From Coriobacteriia bacterium (lineage in GTDB: Bacteria > Actinomycetota > Coriobacteriia > Anaerosomatales > JAAXUF01), in assembly GCA_013334745.1 (NCBI GenBank), contig JAAXWY010000011.1, positions 1-55,640 on the forward strand: a stretch of 55,640 nucleotides of DNA, read 5' to 3'. Made by a program: the position numbers and the translations under genes. Below the pieces are notes generated by a model, which was not told the origin of the DNA, made no database searches, and worked only from the letters and a program-made list of their open reading frames with translations. Below, in pieces: positions 8,800 through 18,092 of this stretch (position 1 is its first letter; the number at the start of each line of letters is the position of its first letter).

Positions 8800-9441
8800 A
8801 TGCTTCGCATCAACCTGCTCCCTCGGGAGGTACTTGATCGCCAGAGGTTCCAAGGCTGGTACAGGTACGTCTTCATCATCACGCTTGGTCTCGTGCTCAT
8901 CGTTCTGCTCGTTGCGGCCGGCCTCTACTTCTCCGTGCAGCAGAAGAGCGATGAGTTGCAGTCAGCCAAGGATCGAGCGCAGCAGTACGCCGAACAGGGC
9001 AAGGCGTTCGACGTGTTTGAGAAGAAGGAGCAGGAGCTCACCGACCGACAGGCGATCGTCCAGACGGCGTTGGCCGGTCGTTTCAACTTCGGTCGTGTGG
9101 TCGAAGAGGTGTCCCTCGTTCTTCCCGACGAGGTGTGGCTCGATTCAATGAGTGTCGACCAGGCCAACGGACTGTCGATGGTCGCCAACACGCCTCGGTC
9201 GAGCAGCCAAAGCATGAATGTCGCCTACAAGTCGGTCGCAAAGACGCTTGTGCGGCTCAATGAGCTTTCAGAGGTCACCGACGTGTGGCTCACGAATGCA
9301 GCGAATCAGACCTGGAAGAACTGGGATGTATCCAGTTCTATCGACACAGGCACACCCGTGGTTCAGTTCACGGCGTCGGCGAAGTTCTCGCAGAGCACGC
9401 CATCGACCTCGACAGTAGCCCCAACGGGGGGTGCTGAGTGA
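8800..9441 (+). CDS. pilN: Pilus assembly protein PilN, bitopic.
   Basis: MLRINLLPRE N-terminus, a single TM helix and a coiled-coil periplasmic region. Tandem with pilM. Confidence 0.8.
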   Translation: MLRINLLPREVLDRQRFQGWYRYVFIITLGLVLIVLLVAAGLYFSVQQKSDELQSAKDRAQQYAEQGKAFDVFEKKEQELTDRQAIVQTALAGRFNFGRVVEEVSLVLPDEVWLDSMSVDQANGLSMVANTPRSSSQSMNVAYKSVAKTLVRLNELSEVTDVWLTNAANQTWKNWDVSSSIDTGTPVVQFTASAKFSQSTPSTSTVAPTGGAE

Positions 9442-10052
9442 TGTCCATCTCTCCTCGTGATCGTCTGGTCATCACCATTGTCGCGGCCGTACTTGTACTC
9501 GTCGCCCTGATTGCAGCGCTTGTGTACCCGCAGTTTCAGCAGGTGCGCAAGCTCAACACGCAGGTCATTGAGGCTGAAGCACAGGCCGACGCCGCAAAGC
9601 TCCAACTCGAGCAGCGGCAGGGCTTCAAGGACCGCGCGATCGAAACCAACGCCAAGTGGCTTGGGCTCATGAATGAGGTTCCCGAGACGCCCGACCTGCC
9701 CTCGCTCATTATCGAGCTGCAGGACTCCGCATACGAGAGCGGCGTTCAGGTCATCAGCGTCACTCCGACACAGCCCACTCAGCTGACGGGGTATGCCGCA
9801 GTGCCGATCTCGATCGAGGTGCTTGGGACGTGGGCGGATACCGTCGACTACCTGCAGTCACTGATGAAGTTGGATCGCGGTGTCCGGGTCGTCGGTACGA
9901 ACGTGACTGTGGCCGGAAGCGGGGCACTGCCTGAGCGCCGAAACTCCAAGGTGCCTGCGTATGCGGTGAGCTCTGTGATTTCAATTGAGACGTATCTGAT
10001 CCCTGCCGCGGTCGAGACCGCGACTCCGTCCGCGACTTCGACTGCACAGTAG
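9438..10052 (+). CDS. pilO: Pilus assembly protein PilO.
   Basis: ATGA overlap with pilN. N-terminal TM helix plus coiled coil and a C-terminal ferredoxin-like region. Position in the operon. Confidence 0.8.
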   Translation: MMSISPRDRLVITIVAAVLVLVALIAALVYPQFQQVRKLNTQVIEAEAQADAAKLQLEQRQGFKDRAIETNAKWLGLMNEVPETPDLPSLIIELQDSAYESGVQVISVTPTQPTQLTGYAAVPISIEVLGTWADTVDYLQSLMKLDRGVRVVGTNVTVAGSGALPERRNSKVPAYAVSSVISIETYLIPAAVETATPSATSTAQ

Positions 10053-10062
10053 GGGAGGGAAC

Positions 10063-10680
10063 ATGGCCGACAACACGAATGGGCAGCCGCCGGTGGGACC
10101 AGATCAGAAGCCTGCCTCGGCGACTTCAGGCTTTCTCTCCTCCACCGCTGGCAAGCTCGTGGTCGGCGGTGTGCTGTTGTTCTTGGTGCTGATTGCGGTA
10201 GGCGCTCTCGCGTTCTTCTTCCTCTTCGGTTCCGCCGCTCAGAAGGTTGCTCCTAGCTCCTCGACCACCGCCACAGCTCCGTCCAACCCGGCGACCGAGG
10301 GCATCGTACCCACGGACCCGCCTGAGCAGCCGCTGGACGAGACATTCACCTTCCGCAACGTCTTTGCGCCCACGGTCACGCCCGCACAGTCGAGTACGGA
10401 CGCCGATTCCGGTAGCGGCGGCTCGAGTGGCGACACATCACCAACGGCGAGCGGCGCGACCGACACCCTCATCCTGAAGTCGATTCACACGGACTCGGGT
10501 GAGCGAGTCGCGACGTTCGAGTGGAACGGCGCGGTGTACGAGTGCCGTGAGGGCGACCAGGTCGCCCAATCGCCATGGGAGGTCGTGACCATCTACTCCG
10601 ATTCCGTCGTCATGTTGTACGGCGACAGTCGAATCACCCTCACCGTGGGCCAGGGCTACACCGGATCCTGGGACAAGTAG
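10063..10680 (+). CDS. PilP-like protein: TM anchor, an S/T/P-rich linker and a C-terminal beta-domain.
   Basis: The C-terminal domain LILKSIHTDSGERVATFEWNGAVYECREGDQV...VVTIYSDSVVMLYGDSRITLTVGQ resembles the PilP beta-sandwich pattern. Position directly after pilO. Confidence 0.5.
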   Translation: MADNTNGQPPVGPDQKPASATSGFLSSTAGKLVVGGVLLFLVLIAVGALAFFFLFGSAAQKVAPSSSTTATAPSNPATEGIVPTDPPEQPLDETFTFRNVFAPTVTPAQSSTDADSGSGGSSGDTSPTASGATDTLILKSIHTDSGERVATFEWNGAVYECREGDQVAQSPWEVVTIYSDSVVMLYGDSRITLTVGQGYTGSWDK

Positions 10681-10760
10681 CGCGTCCGGCCGCGTGGCCG
10701 AGCATGTCCGCCGGTCGCACCCGGCCGGCTTCGACCACCAAGTGAACGAAAGGCCCGGAT

Positions 10761-11912
10761 ATGCGTTACGAGACTGCAGGCGAATCCCATGGGCGGGCGC
10801 TCACCGCGATCGTCACTGATGTGCCCGCGGGAATCCCTATCGACACTGACGCCATAGACCGTGATCTTGCGCGCCGTCAAGGCGGCTACGGTCGAGGTGG
10901 CCGGCAGCGCATCGAGACCGATCGCGCGACGATCCTTTCGGGTGTTCGGTTCGGCAAGACCATTGGAAGCCCGGTTGCGCTGGCTGTGGCGAATCGGGAC
11001 TTTGAGAACTGGCTTGATGTCATGAGTACCTCAGGCGTGCGCCCTGACGGGATTCGCGAGACGCACCCACGTCCGGGACATGCCGACCTGGCAGGCGTGC
11101 TGAAGATCGGATCGGACGACGCCCGAGACATCCTTGAACGTGCGAGCGCGCGCGAGACGGCCGCGCGCGTCGCGGCGGGTGGTGTCGCGAAGGCGCTCCT
11201 GAGTGCCATGGGTGTGTCGGTGAGATCCTACGTCGAGGCTATCGGCGGGGTGGTCATGCCCCTGGTCGACGATCCATCGACAGTCGATCCCGAGGTCGTC
11301 GAGTCAAGCGCCGTTCGATGCCCGGACCCTGACGCCACGGAGTCCATGAAGGCACGCATAGACTCAGCCCGCGCTGATGGCGAGTCGCTGGGTGGGGTGT
11401 TCGTGGTGACCGCTACCGGGCTCGTCCCAGGCCTTGGATCGTACGCCGAGGCGATGCGTCGTCTCGATGCACGGCTTGCAGGTGCTGTGATCTCGATTCC
11501 TGCGATCAAGGGCGTCGAGTTCGGTCTGGGGTTTGCGGCCGCGGCGGTGCCCGGTAGCCAGGCCCATGACGAGATTCATCACGATGCCGAGAGCGGCTTT
11601 CATCGGCCAACGAACCGTGCCGGCGGACTCGAAGGCGGCATGACGAACGGTGAGCCGCTCGTCGTGCGCGCCGCGATGAAGCCGATTCCGACCTTGATGC
11701 GCCCTCTCGCGAGCGTGGATCTCGATAGCCTTGAGCCGGTGGACGCGAGCAAGGAGCGCAGCGACATCTGTGCGGTCCCGGCGGCGGCCGTCGTGGGTGA
11801 GGCCGAGGTCGCGATCGTGCTGGCAACCGCCTACATGGAGAAGTTCGGTGGGGACTGCCTTGAGGACATGCTCGTAGCGCGTGATGCCTACCTCTCCCGG
11901 ATCAGCCGATGA
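10761..11912 (+). CDS. aroC: Chorismate synthase.
   Basis: MRYETAGESHGRALTAIV N-terminus and a full-length 383 aa product. Confidence 0.9.
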   Translation: MRYETAGESHGRALTAIVTDVPAGIPIDTDAIDRDLARRQGGYGRGGRQRIETDRATILSGVRFGKTIGSPVALAVANRDFENWLDVMSTSGVRPDGIRETHPRPGHADLAGVLKIGSDDARDILERASARETAARVAAGGVAKALLSAMGVSVRSYVEAIGGVVMPLVDDPSTVDPEVVESSAVRCPDPDATESMKARIDSARADGESLGGVFVVTATGLVPGLGSYAEAMRRLDARLAGAVISIPAIKGVEFGLGFAAAAVPGSQAHDEIHHDAESGFHRPTNRAGGLEGGMTNGEPLVVRAAMKPIPTLMRPLASVDLDSLEPVDASKERSDICAVPAAAVVGEAEVAIVLATAYMEKFGGDCLEDMLVARDAYLSRISR

Positions 11913-13537
11913 GTCACGTATTCCTGATCGGGTTCATGGGCGCCGGCAAGTCGACGGTTGGTCCTCTCGTGGCTGAGCGACTGGGTCGGCCGTTCATCGA
12001 CCTGGACGAAGTAGTCGCGGGGCAGCAGGGCCGAGAAATCGTCGAGATCTTCGAGGGTGATGGCGAAGCGGCGTTTCGCGCCTTCGAGCTCGAGGCCCTT
12101 GGGTCGATCGCGGACCGTTGTGACTCAGTGGTCGCATGCGGGGGCGGTCTTGTCACGATGCCGACGTCTGTCACGCGCATGCGCAAGCTTGGAACCGTGG
12201 TCCATCTTGTTACGACTGCCGATGAGGCTCTCAAGCGAATTGCTGATCCGTCGACGCGACCACTTCTCGCGGGTGAGAACCCTGAGTTGGCCGCGCGGTC
12301 GTTGTTGGACTCAAGACGCGAACTCTACGCAGCCGCAGCGGACTACGAGGTCGACACTGTGGGTCGGCCTATTGCTGAGGTCGTGGATGAGGTGGTGCTG
12401 CGTGTTGCATCGGCGCCCCGGCGCGGCCGACCGGTTGTCGTCCCGGTCAAGGTCGGCGAGATGCCGTATGAGGTGGTCATCGGGCCGGGTGTCCTCGAGG
12501 ATGCTGGGGCGCTGCTGCGCATCGGTGCGCCAACGGCCGGGCGAATTGCGCTTGTCACTGACACGACGGTCGGAGACCTGTTCGGTCTTACGGTGGAGCG
12601 AAAGCTCATCGAAGAAGGCTACGCGGTTCATCCCCTCGCTGTAGCTCCGGGTGAAGACTCCAAGAACTGGGCCGTGGCTGGGGAGATCCTTGAGGCACTG
12701 GCGGAACTGCGCTTCGAGCGGACTGACTTCGTGGTCGCGCTCGGCGGCGGCGTAGTCGGCGACCTAGCCGGCTTTGTGGCGGCGACCTACCTGCGCGGGA
12801 TTGGCTTTGCTCAGGTTCCAACCACTCTGCTCGCGCAAGTCGACTCATCCGTTGGCGGCAAGACCGGTGTGGACCTCAAAGCCGGCAAGAACCTGGCAGG
12901 CGCCTTCAAACAGCCTACAATTGTGATAGCGGACACAAATACTCTGGAGTTGTTGCCGCAGAGCGAATGGCGCAGTGGAACCGCCGAAGTGGCGAAGAGC
13001 GCAGTTGTAGACGGTGAGGAGTTCTTCAGCTGGCTCGAGGCCGCCGCTGAGCGGTTCGTTTCCAGGGATGAACGGACGATTATCGAGGCAGTTTCTCGGT
13101 GCGTCAGGTTCAAGGCGAGCGTCGTATCTGCCGATGAAACCGAGGTAGGACCGCGCGAGTGTTTGAACTACGGACACACGCTCGGGCATGCGATCGAGAA
13201 GGTTGCCGGTTACGGCGCGGTTCCGCACGGGATCGCGGTCGCGGAGGGCATGCGATTTGCGGCGAGACTCTCGGTCGAGGTTTCGGGTGGGAGCAGGGAG
13301 TTCGTCGCGAGGCAGGATGCCATCCTCGATACCCTCGGATTGGGAGCGATGACAGAGGCGCTGGATCCGCAATTGGTGCTTGAGGCAATGCATTCCGACA
13401 AGAAGGCACGAGGTGGAACGGTGCGATTCGTACTGGTGGAAGCTCCAGGAACGTGGAGGTGCGAGCCGATCGCGGACGCCGTGATCGCCGAGCACCTCGA
13501 CGCTTGGTTGGAGTCGAAGGTCAGGAGGACGCCATGA
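11909..13537 (+). CDS. Bifunctional shikimate kinase and 3-dehydroquinate synthase (AroK-AroB fusion).
   Basis: N-terminal [16 protein letters not shown]-loop (AroK, about 165 aa) fused to a DHQ synthase domain ([11 protein letters not shown]..., metal-binding His residues). ATGA overlap with aroC. Confidence 0.85.
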   Translation: MSHVFLIGFMGAGKSTVGPLVAERLGRPFIDLDEVVAGQQGREIVEIFEGDGEAAFRAFELEALGSIADRCDSVVACGGGLVTMPTSVTRMRKLGTVVHLVTTADEALKRIADPSTRPLLAGENPELAARSLLDSRRELYAAAADYEVDTVGRPIAEVVDEVVLRVASAPRRGRPVVVPVKVGEMPYEVVIGPGVLEDAGALLRIGAPTAGRIALVTDTTVGDLFGLTVERKLIEEGYAVHPLAVAPGEDSKNWAVAGEILEALAELRFERTDFVVALGGGVVGDLAGFVAATYLRGIGFAQVPTTLLAQVDSSVGGKTGVDLKAGKNLAGAFKQPTIVIADTNTLELLPQSEWRSGTAEVAKSAVVDGEEFFSWLEAAAERFVSRDERTIIEAVSRCVRFKASVVSADETEVGPRECLNYGHTLGHAIEKVAGYGAVPHGIAVAEGMRFAARLSVEVSGGSREFVARQDAILDTLGLGAMTEALDPQLVLEAMHSDKKARGGTVRFVLVEAPGTWRCEPIADAVIAEHLDAWLESKVRRTP

Positions 13538-13968
13538 CGCGCGTACTTGTGCTCAACGGGCCCAACCTGAACCTTCTTGGCACGCGTGAGCCTGAGGTTT
13601 ACGGCTCCACAAGCCTCGCCGGTATCGAGTCCGACTTGAACGACCTCGCTCGCGAACTCGGCGTCGAGGTCGCGTTCGTGCAGAGCAACCACGAGGGCGA
13701 GCTGATCGACGCGGTTCAGCAGGCGGAGGGCACGTTTTCCGCGATTGTGTTCAATCCCGGAGCGTTCACGCACTACTCGTACGCACTGCGCGATGCAGTC
13801 GCGGCGATAGCGATTCCGGTCGTAGAGGTTCATCTGTCCAACATTTCCGCCCGTGAGGACTTCCGGAGAGAGAGTGTTATCGCGCCGGTGTGCGCGGGTC
13901 AGGTCAGCGGGTTTGGTACCGCATCGTACGCACTTGGGTTGCGCGCGGCCGCCAAACTGGTGAGCTAG
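13534..13968 (+). CDS. aroQ: Type II 3-dehydroquinate dehydratase.
   Basis: [24 protein letters not shown] is the canonical AroQ N-terminus. ATGA overlap with the aroKB stop. RBS AGGAGG. Confidence 0.9.
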   Translation: MTRVLVLNGPNLNLLGTREPEVYGSTSLAGIESDLNDLARELGVEVAFVQSNHEGELIDAVQQAEGTFSAIVFNPGAFTHYSYALRDAVAAIAIPVVEVHLSNISAREDFRRESVIAPVCAGQVSGFGTASYALGLRAAAKLVS

Positions 13969-14008
13969 CGCGTGTGTGAAGGGCACGGCTACGCAGCGGT
14001 GTGCGGCG

Positions 14009-14017
14009 TAGAATGGG
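14009..14017 (+). promoter_or_regulatory. Candidate -10 element TAGAATGGG upstream of the modular pilin gene.
   Basis: The same 9-mer as at 6071. It lies about 20 nt upstream of the ATG at 14035. Confidence 0.25.
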
Positions 14018-14034
14018 TAGAGGGAAGTGGCACG

Positions 14035-16062
14035 ATGATGGGGCTGAAGCGGTTCATGAAGAGTGACACTGGCTTCACTGTGGTGGAGTTCGTTATCGCT
14101 GCGGTGATTCTCTTCATGGTGTCCACGAGTGTGATGGGCGTGATCGCCTACGCCGGCACCGCGAATGCAGCGAACGCGATGCGGCAGAGCGGGCTTGAAC
14201 TTGCGAATCTCCGTATGGAACAGGCGCGCAACCTGTCGTACTCGAAACTTGGGACCGCGAGCGGCATTCCGACGGGCACCATCGAAACGCCTGAGATCGT
14301 CACGGTTCCCACAGCCGCCGGAGACCGCAGTTTCACGGTGGTTACCGACGTGGGTTGGGTGTGGGATGCTGACGGGTACTCGACCGACAAGAAGGTCACC
14401 ATCACTGTCTCGTGGACGTACCCGCGAGAGGCCAGTGTGACCCTGGAGTCGGCAGTCGTCGGAGAGGCCACCGGCAACACGGGCGACGTGTACGTCTACG
14501 TCGTGGACTCTGACACCAGCGACCCCGTACCGGGCGCCACTATCACGATCAAGCCGACCGCTTCGCCGACCGTCTCGGCGACGACTGGCTCGGCAGGTTA
14601 TGTACGTTGGGGAAAGGTGCCCACAGGCTCTATCGTCATAACGGGTACCTGCTCGACTCACTACCTTGATATGTCACCCGTCTCGGGCGCTACTGTGATT
14701 GCGAACCAGAAGAATATCTGGACCGTCCAGGGCGTTCGAGCAAGCAGCGGCACAGTTCACGTCACCGACAACTCGGGAAATCCGTTGCCCGGAGTTGCCG
14801 TGACAATCACGGGCCCGGCCGGATCAGCTGACTGGAGCTGTCCATCGGGAACCGGTACGGCCGTCTCGGATGAGAATGGTGACGCGTTTTTTGAGAAGTT
14901 GCGCAAAGGGACGTACACCGTCAGCGGCACCCTCAGCGGGTACAGCAAGAAGACGCCGGTGGACAACCTTGTCGTCGTCGCGGGTGGTAGCGCCTACACG
15001 AGTTCGCTTGTCATGAACCGCCTGACCACCCTGAAGGTCACGGTCAAGGACGCCAGCAACAACGCGATTCAAGGCGCTACTTGTACCGCGACAGGCGTCA
15101 CCTTCGGCGCTACGACCGATTCTCTCGGCCAGGCCACCAGCAACGACATGGGGGCCATCGGCACGAACAGGTCCTATACGGTCAGCGTCGCCAAGGCGGG
15201 ATACATCACCAACACGGGTACCGTCACGATGAGCCAGTACACCCAAGGTGAGGTCACCGTAGTCCTCTCGCCGCAGCCACCGACTACGATTCGGGTCACC
15301 GTCACCGATACCAGCGGAGTACCCATATCGGGCGCGACGTGCTCGGCGACGGGAGGGACGACGGTCGTATTCGCGTCGCTGACCGATGCGAACGGCGTCG
15401 CAACGAGCAATAACATGGGTGCCATCGGTACGGGCAAGACATATACCGTGACGGCCGCGAAGACGGGCTGGACGAGCAAGACGGGGACAGTGACCCTGAG
15501 CGAATACACGCAGGGGACGCTCACTATCCAGCTCTCGCCACCGGCACCGACCACGATCAAGGTGACCGTCACCAACAACACCGGGACGGCTCAGAAGGTC
15601 GTCGGTGCCACCATCACCGCCACCGGCCCGTCAACCGTGACGTTCCCGGCCGTCACCGACTCCAACGGCCAGGCGACCAGCAACAACATGGGTGCAATCG
15701 GCACGAACAAGACGTACACGGTGCGGTCGGTAAAGAGTGGATGGGTCACCACGACGGGCAACGTCACGCTTTCCGAGTACACGCAGGGAACGCTGACGAT
15801 CAAGATGCGCGCCACCCTTGAAGTGCTCTACAACGGCACGTACCCCCGTACGATCTACGTCTACACGAGCAGCACCCCGGGTGCGACCCATGCGTACACT
15901 CAGATAGCTCAGTCCGCCACGATTCCCGCCTCGTTCAATCTCCCGAGCGGCACCTACTGGGTGAGTCGACGTACCCCGTACGGCGGATCCGGTGCAGTGC
16001 CTCAGCCGCAGGTCGTGACGGACGGCGCGCTCAAGGCCGTCACGGCCCAGTCGAGCTGGTAG
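14035..16062 (+). CDS. Large modular type IV pilin-like protein, about 675 aa. A prepilin N-terminus is followed by five Ig-like/carboxypeptidase-regulatory-like beta-sandwich repeats.
   Basis: MMGLKRFMKSDTG|FTVVEFVIAAV, with G at -1, F at +1 and E at +5. RBS GAGGGAAG. Three well-conserved ~87-aa tandem repeats, preceded by two more divergent ones. S/T/G-rich composition. Confidence 0.75.
   Translation: MMGLKRFMKSDTGFTVVEFVIAAVILFMVSTSVMGVIAYAGTANAANAMRQSGLELANLRMEQARNLSYSKLGTASGIPTGTIETPEIVTVPTAAGDRSFTVVTDVGWVWDADGYSTDKKVTITVSWTYPREASVTLESAVVGEATGNTGDVYVYVVDSDTSDPVPGATITIKPTASPTVSATTGSAGYVRWGKVPTGSIVITGTCSTHYLDMSPVSGATVIANQKNIWTVQGVRASSGTVHVTDNSGNPLPGVAVTITGPAGSADWSCPSGTGTAVSDENGDAFFEKLRKGTYTVSGTLSGYSKKTPVDNLVVVAGGSAYTSSLVMNRLTTLKVTVKDASNNAIQGATCTATGVTFGATTDSLGQATSNDMGAIGTNRSYTVSVAKAGYITNTGTVTMSQYTQGEVTVVLSPQPPTTIRVTVTDTSGVPISGATCSATGGTTVVFASLTDANGVATSNNMGAIGTGKTYTVTAAKTGWTSKTGTVTLSEYTQGTLTIQLSPPAPTTIKVTVTNNTGTAQKVVGATITATGPSTVTFPAVTDSNGQATSNNMGAIGTNKTYTVRSVKSGWVTTTGNVTLSEYTQGTLTIKMRATLEVLYNGTYPRTIYVYTSSTPGATHAYTQIAQSATIPASFNLPSGTYWVSRRTPYGGSGAVPQPQVVTDGALKAVTAQSSW
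15031..15813 (+). repeat. Three tandem ~261-nt coding repeats. Each contains ...(I/L)(K/R)VTV(K/T)D...GATC(T/S)ATG...SNNMGAIGT(N/G)(K/R)(T/S)YTV...SEYTQGTLTI...
   Basis: Direct comparison of translated segments. The DNA copies are diverged to roughly 70% identity, so the duplication is not recent. Confidence 0.7.
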
Positions 16063-16071
16063 GCGAGGACA

Positions 16072-16728
16072 ATGCGATTCCTCGATGATGACAGCGGTCT
16101 GACCCTTACGGAGTTCTTGATCGTCGCGATGCTGATCTCTGTGATCATCACGGCGTCGTACTTCATGTTCAATGCCGCCGCCTCGATGACTGATCAGACG
16201 ACGGCGCGCGCCTACGCACAGGACGAGGCACAGCGCGCGGTCGACCGGATGACGCGCGATCTGCGGCAGTCGATGCAGGACACGAGCGACAACAACGGCG
16301 TTGTGCGGATCGCCGAGGCGAGCCAACTGAAGTTCTCAGCGGATGTCAATGCGGACATGAAGCCGGAGATGATCCGCTATTACATCGAGGGGAACTCGCT
16401 GAAGCGCACGGTGGCGCTCCCGACAACCTCTGAGGTTCCCTATAGCTACGGGAGTCCGGGTGCGCCCACGATACTGATCAAGAAGCTGGGAACGTCGGCT
16501 GGAACGATGTTCTGCTATCACAGCGTCGACCGCAACACGACCGTCTATTGCGGGCCCATCAAGCATGGATTCAACGTGGTCACCACGACCGACCCGTTTA
16601 ACACGACACCCAAGATCTCCATGATCGGAGTGAAGTTGGACACGGTGGGCGAATCCGGCTCCAAGACAGTCACTGTCACCAGCCGGGTGATGGTTCGCAT
16701 CCGCACAGTAGAGAATCGGGTTGATTAG
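16072..16728 (+). CDS. Minor pilin or pseudopilin with a prepilin-type N-terminal cleavage/methylation domain.
   Basis: MRFLDDDSG|LTLTEFLIVAMLISVII, with G at -1 and E at +5. Length 218 aa. Located 9 nt after the modular pilin stop. Confidence 0.7.
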   Translation: MRFLDDDSGLTLTEFLIVAMLISVIITASYFMFNAAASMTDQTTARAYAQDEAQRAVDRMTRDLRQSMQDTSDNNGVVRIAEASQLKFSADVNADMKPEMIRYYIEGNSLKRTVALPTTSEVPYSYGSPGAPTILIKKLGTSAGTMFCYHSVDRNTTVYCGPIKHGFNVVTTTDPFNTTPKISMIGVKLDTVGESGSKTVTVTSRVMVRIRTVENRVD

Positions 16729-16729
16729 C

Positions 16730-18073
16730 ATGAAGGCGCAGACTCGCTTCGATCGTTTGCGGAGCGCGGCCTCTGACGACAGAGGCATGGCGCTCGCGGT
16801 TGTCCTCATCATGTCGGCAGTGCTCTTCCTGCTGGCCACGACGCTGCTGATGGTGGTCTCGTACCGCGGCAATCAAACCGTCTCGGGCGAGAAGCACAAT
16901 CAGGCGATGCACGTCGCCGAGGCCGGGATCAACGAGTACATGTATCAGCTCAGTGTCGACTACGGCTACTGGCAGACCCACGAGACCCTCGGGCCTGTGA
17001 ACACGGAGGACGGACAGTGGCTCGTCACCCGGAGCCAGAACTCGTCGGACGTGGTCATCCTCACATCAGTCGGGACGCTGAACGACGGTACCGAGCGTAC
17101 CGTGCGTGCATCCGTCAGCTTCCCGAGCTGGGCGAAGTACATCGTCTGCGTCGATCAGGGTCCGTACAGCATCGGCGCCGGCGCCACGTTCTACGGCGAC
17201 GTCCACTGCAATGAGGGTATCAGCAACTCCGGGGTGATTACGGGTAGGGCCACAGCCGGGCTGGGGGCAAACTGCACCTGGGGTACGTCGGCGGCCGCAA
17301 ACTATCCTGGTGGCTATAAGAACAACTACAAGAACATCGACTTCAGCCAGCTCACCTACGACCTCGCTCAGATGAAGTCTACGGCGCAGGCCGAGTCGAC
17401 GTACAAGGCCGCTTCAGGCTTCCTTGGCTACCAAGCGGTGATCAATGGTGCCACGGTGACCATCACCAAGATCCAGGCGATAAACAAGAACCTGCCAAGA
17501 ACCGGCTACCCGAGCGACCCGCTGCTTGGTGCGATCACCACCACCGGCACAGCCGAGGTCTACGCGATTCCGCACAGCGGCGTCTTCTTCTTCGACGACA
17601 ACGTGTGGGTCACGGGGAACTACTCCGCGTCGGTCACGTTCGCCACGAGCAAGAACGTTTACTGCCCGGGCAACATCACCCCCACGACGAGCGGTGCCAA
17701 TGTGACGTGTGGGCTTGTCGCACAGCTGCAGGTGCTGTTCCCGTGGTGGTACCAGACGATGCCCGACGACCAGATGGTCCAGGCTGCGTGTTTGTCGCAG
17801 ACGGCCGGTGTCGGCCCCGAGGCGCCATCAGGGTTGAAGAAGTACAACACGACGACCAAGGCGTGGACCGACACGCTGACACTCGGTTCCTCTGACTACA
17901 AGAACTCCGTCACGCTCAAGGGCGCACGTGCCATGGTTCAGATGATCGGATTCTCGTCGGGCTACACAATCCGAAACTTCGACCGCGATCCGGTGCTGGC
18001 GAACAACCCGCCGCCGCTCTACCCCAAGCTGACCGGCGAGAGCCTGCAGATCGACACGTGGCAGGAGCTCTAG
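16730..18073 (+). CDS. PilX_N-like pilus assembly/minor pilin protein with a C-terminal S/T/G/N-rich beta-rich domain.
   Basis: The N-terminus ...ERGMALAVVLIMSAVLFLLATTLLMVV...HNQAMHVAEAGINE matches the PilX N-terminal pattern (G, then a hydrophobic helix, then ...AEAG...). There is no E at +5. The ATG is 1 nt after the previous stop. Confidence 0.6.
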   Translation: MKAQTRFDRLRSAASDDRGMALAVVLIMSAVLFLLATTLLMVVSYRGNQTVSGEKHNQAMHVAEAGINEYMYQLSVDYGYWQTHETLGPVNTEDGQWLVTRSQNSSDVVILTSVGTLNDGTERTVRASVSFPSWAKYIVCVDQGPYSIGAGATFYGDVHCNEGISNSGVITGRATAGLGANCTWGTSAAANYPGGYKNNYKNIDFSQLTYDLAQMKSTAQAESTYKAASGFLGYQAVINGATVTITKIQAINKNLPRTGYPSDPLLGAITTTGTAEVYAIPHSGVFFFDDNVWVTGNYSASVTFATSKNVYCPGNITPTTSGANVTCGLVAQLQVLFPWWYQTMPDDQMVQAACLSQTAGVGPEAPSGLKKYNTTTKAWTDTLTLGSSDYKNSVTLKGARAMVQMIGFSSGYTIRNFDRDPVLANNPPPLYPKLTGESLQIDTWQEL

Positions 18074-18092
18074 GTCGTATCGGTCGCGCCGT

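Noticed and set aside
13210-14661. 483-aa antisense ORF spanning aroB, aroQ and the start of the modular pilin.
   Set aside because: It crosses three well-supported sense genes and their intergenic regions. This is a typical high-GC antisense open frame.
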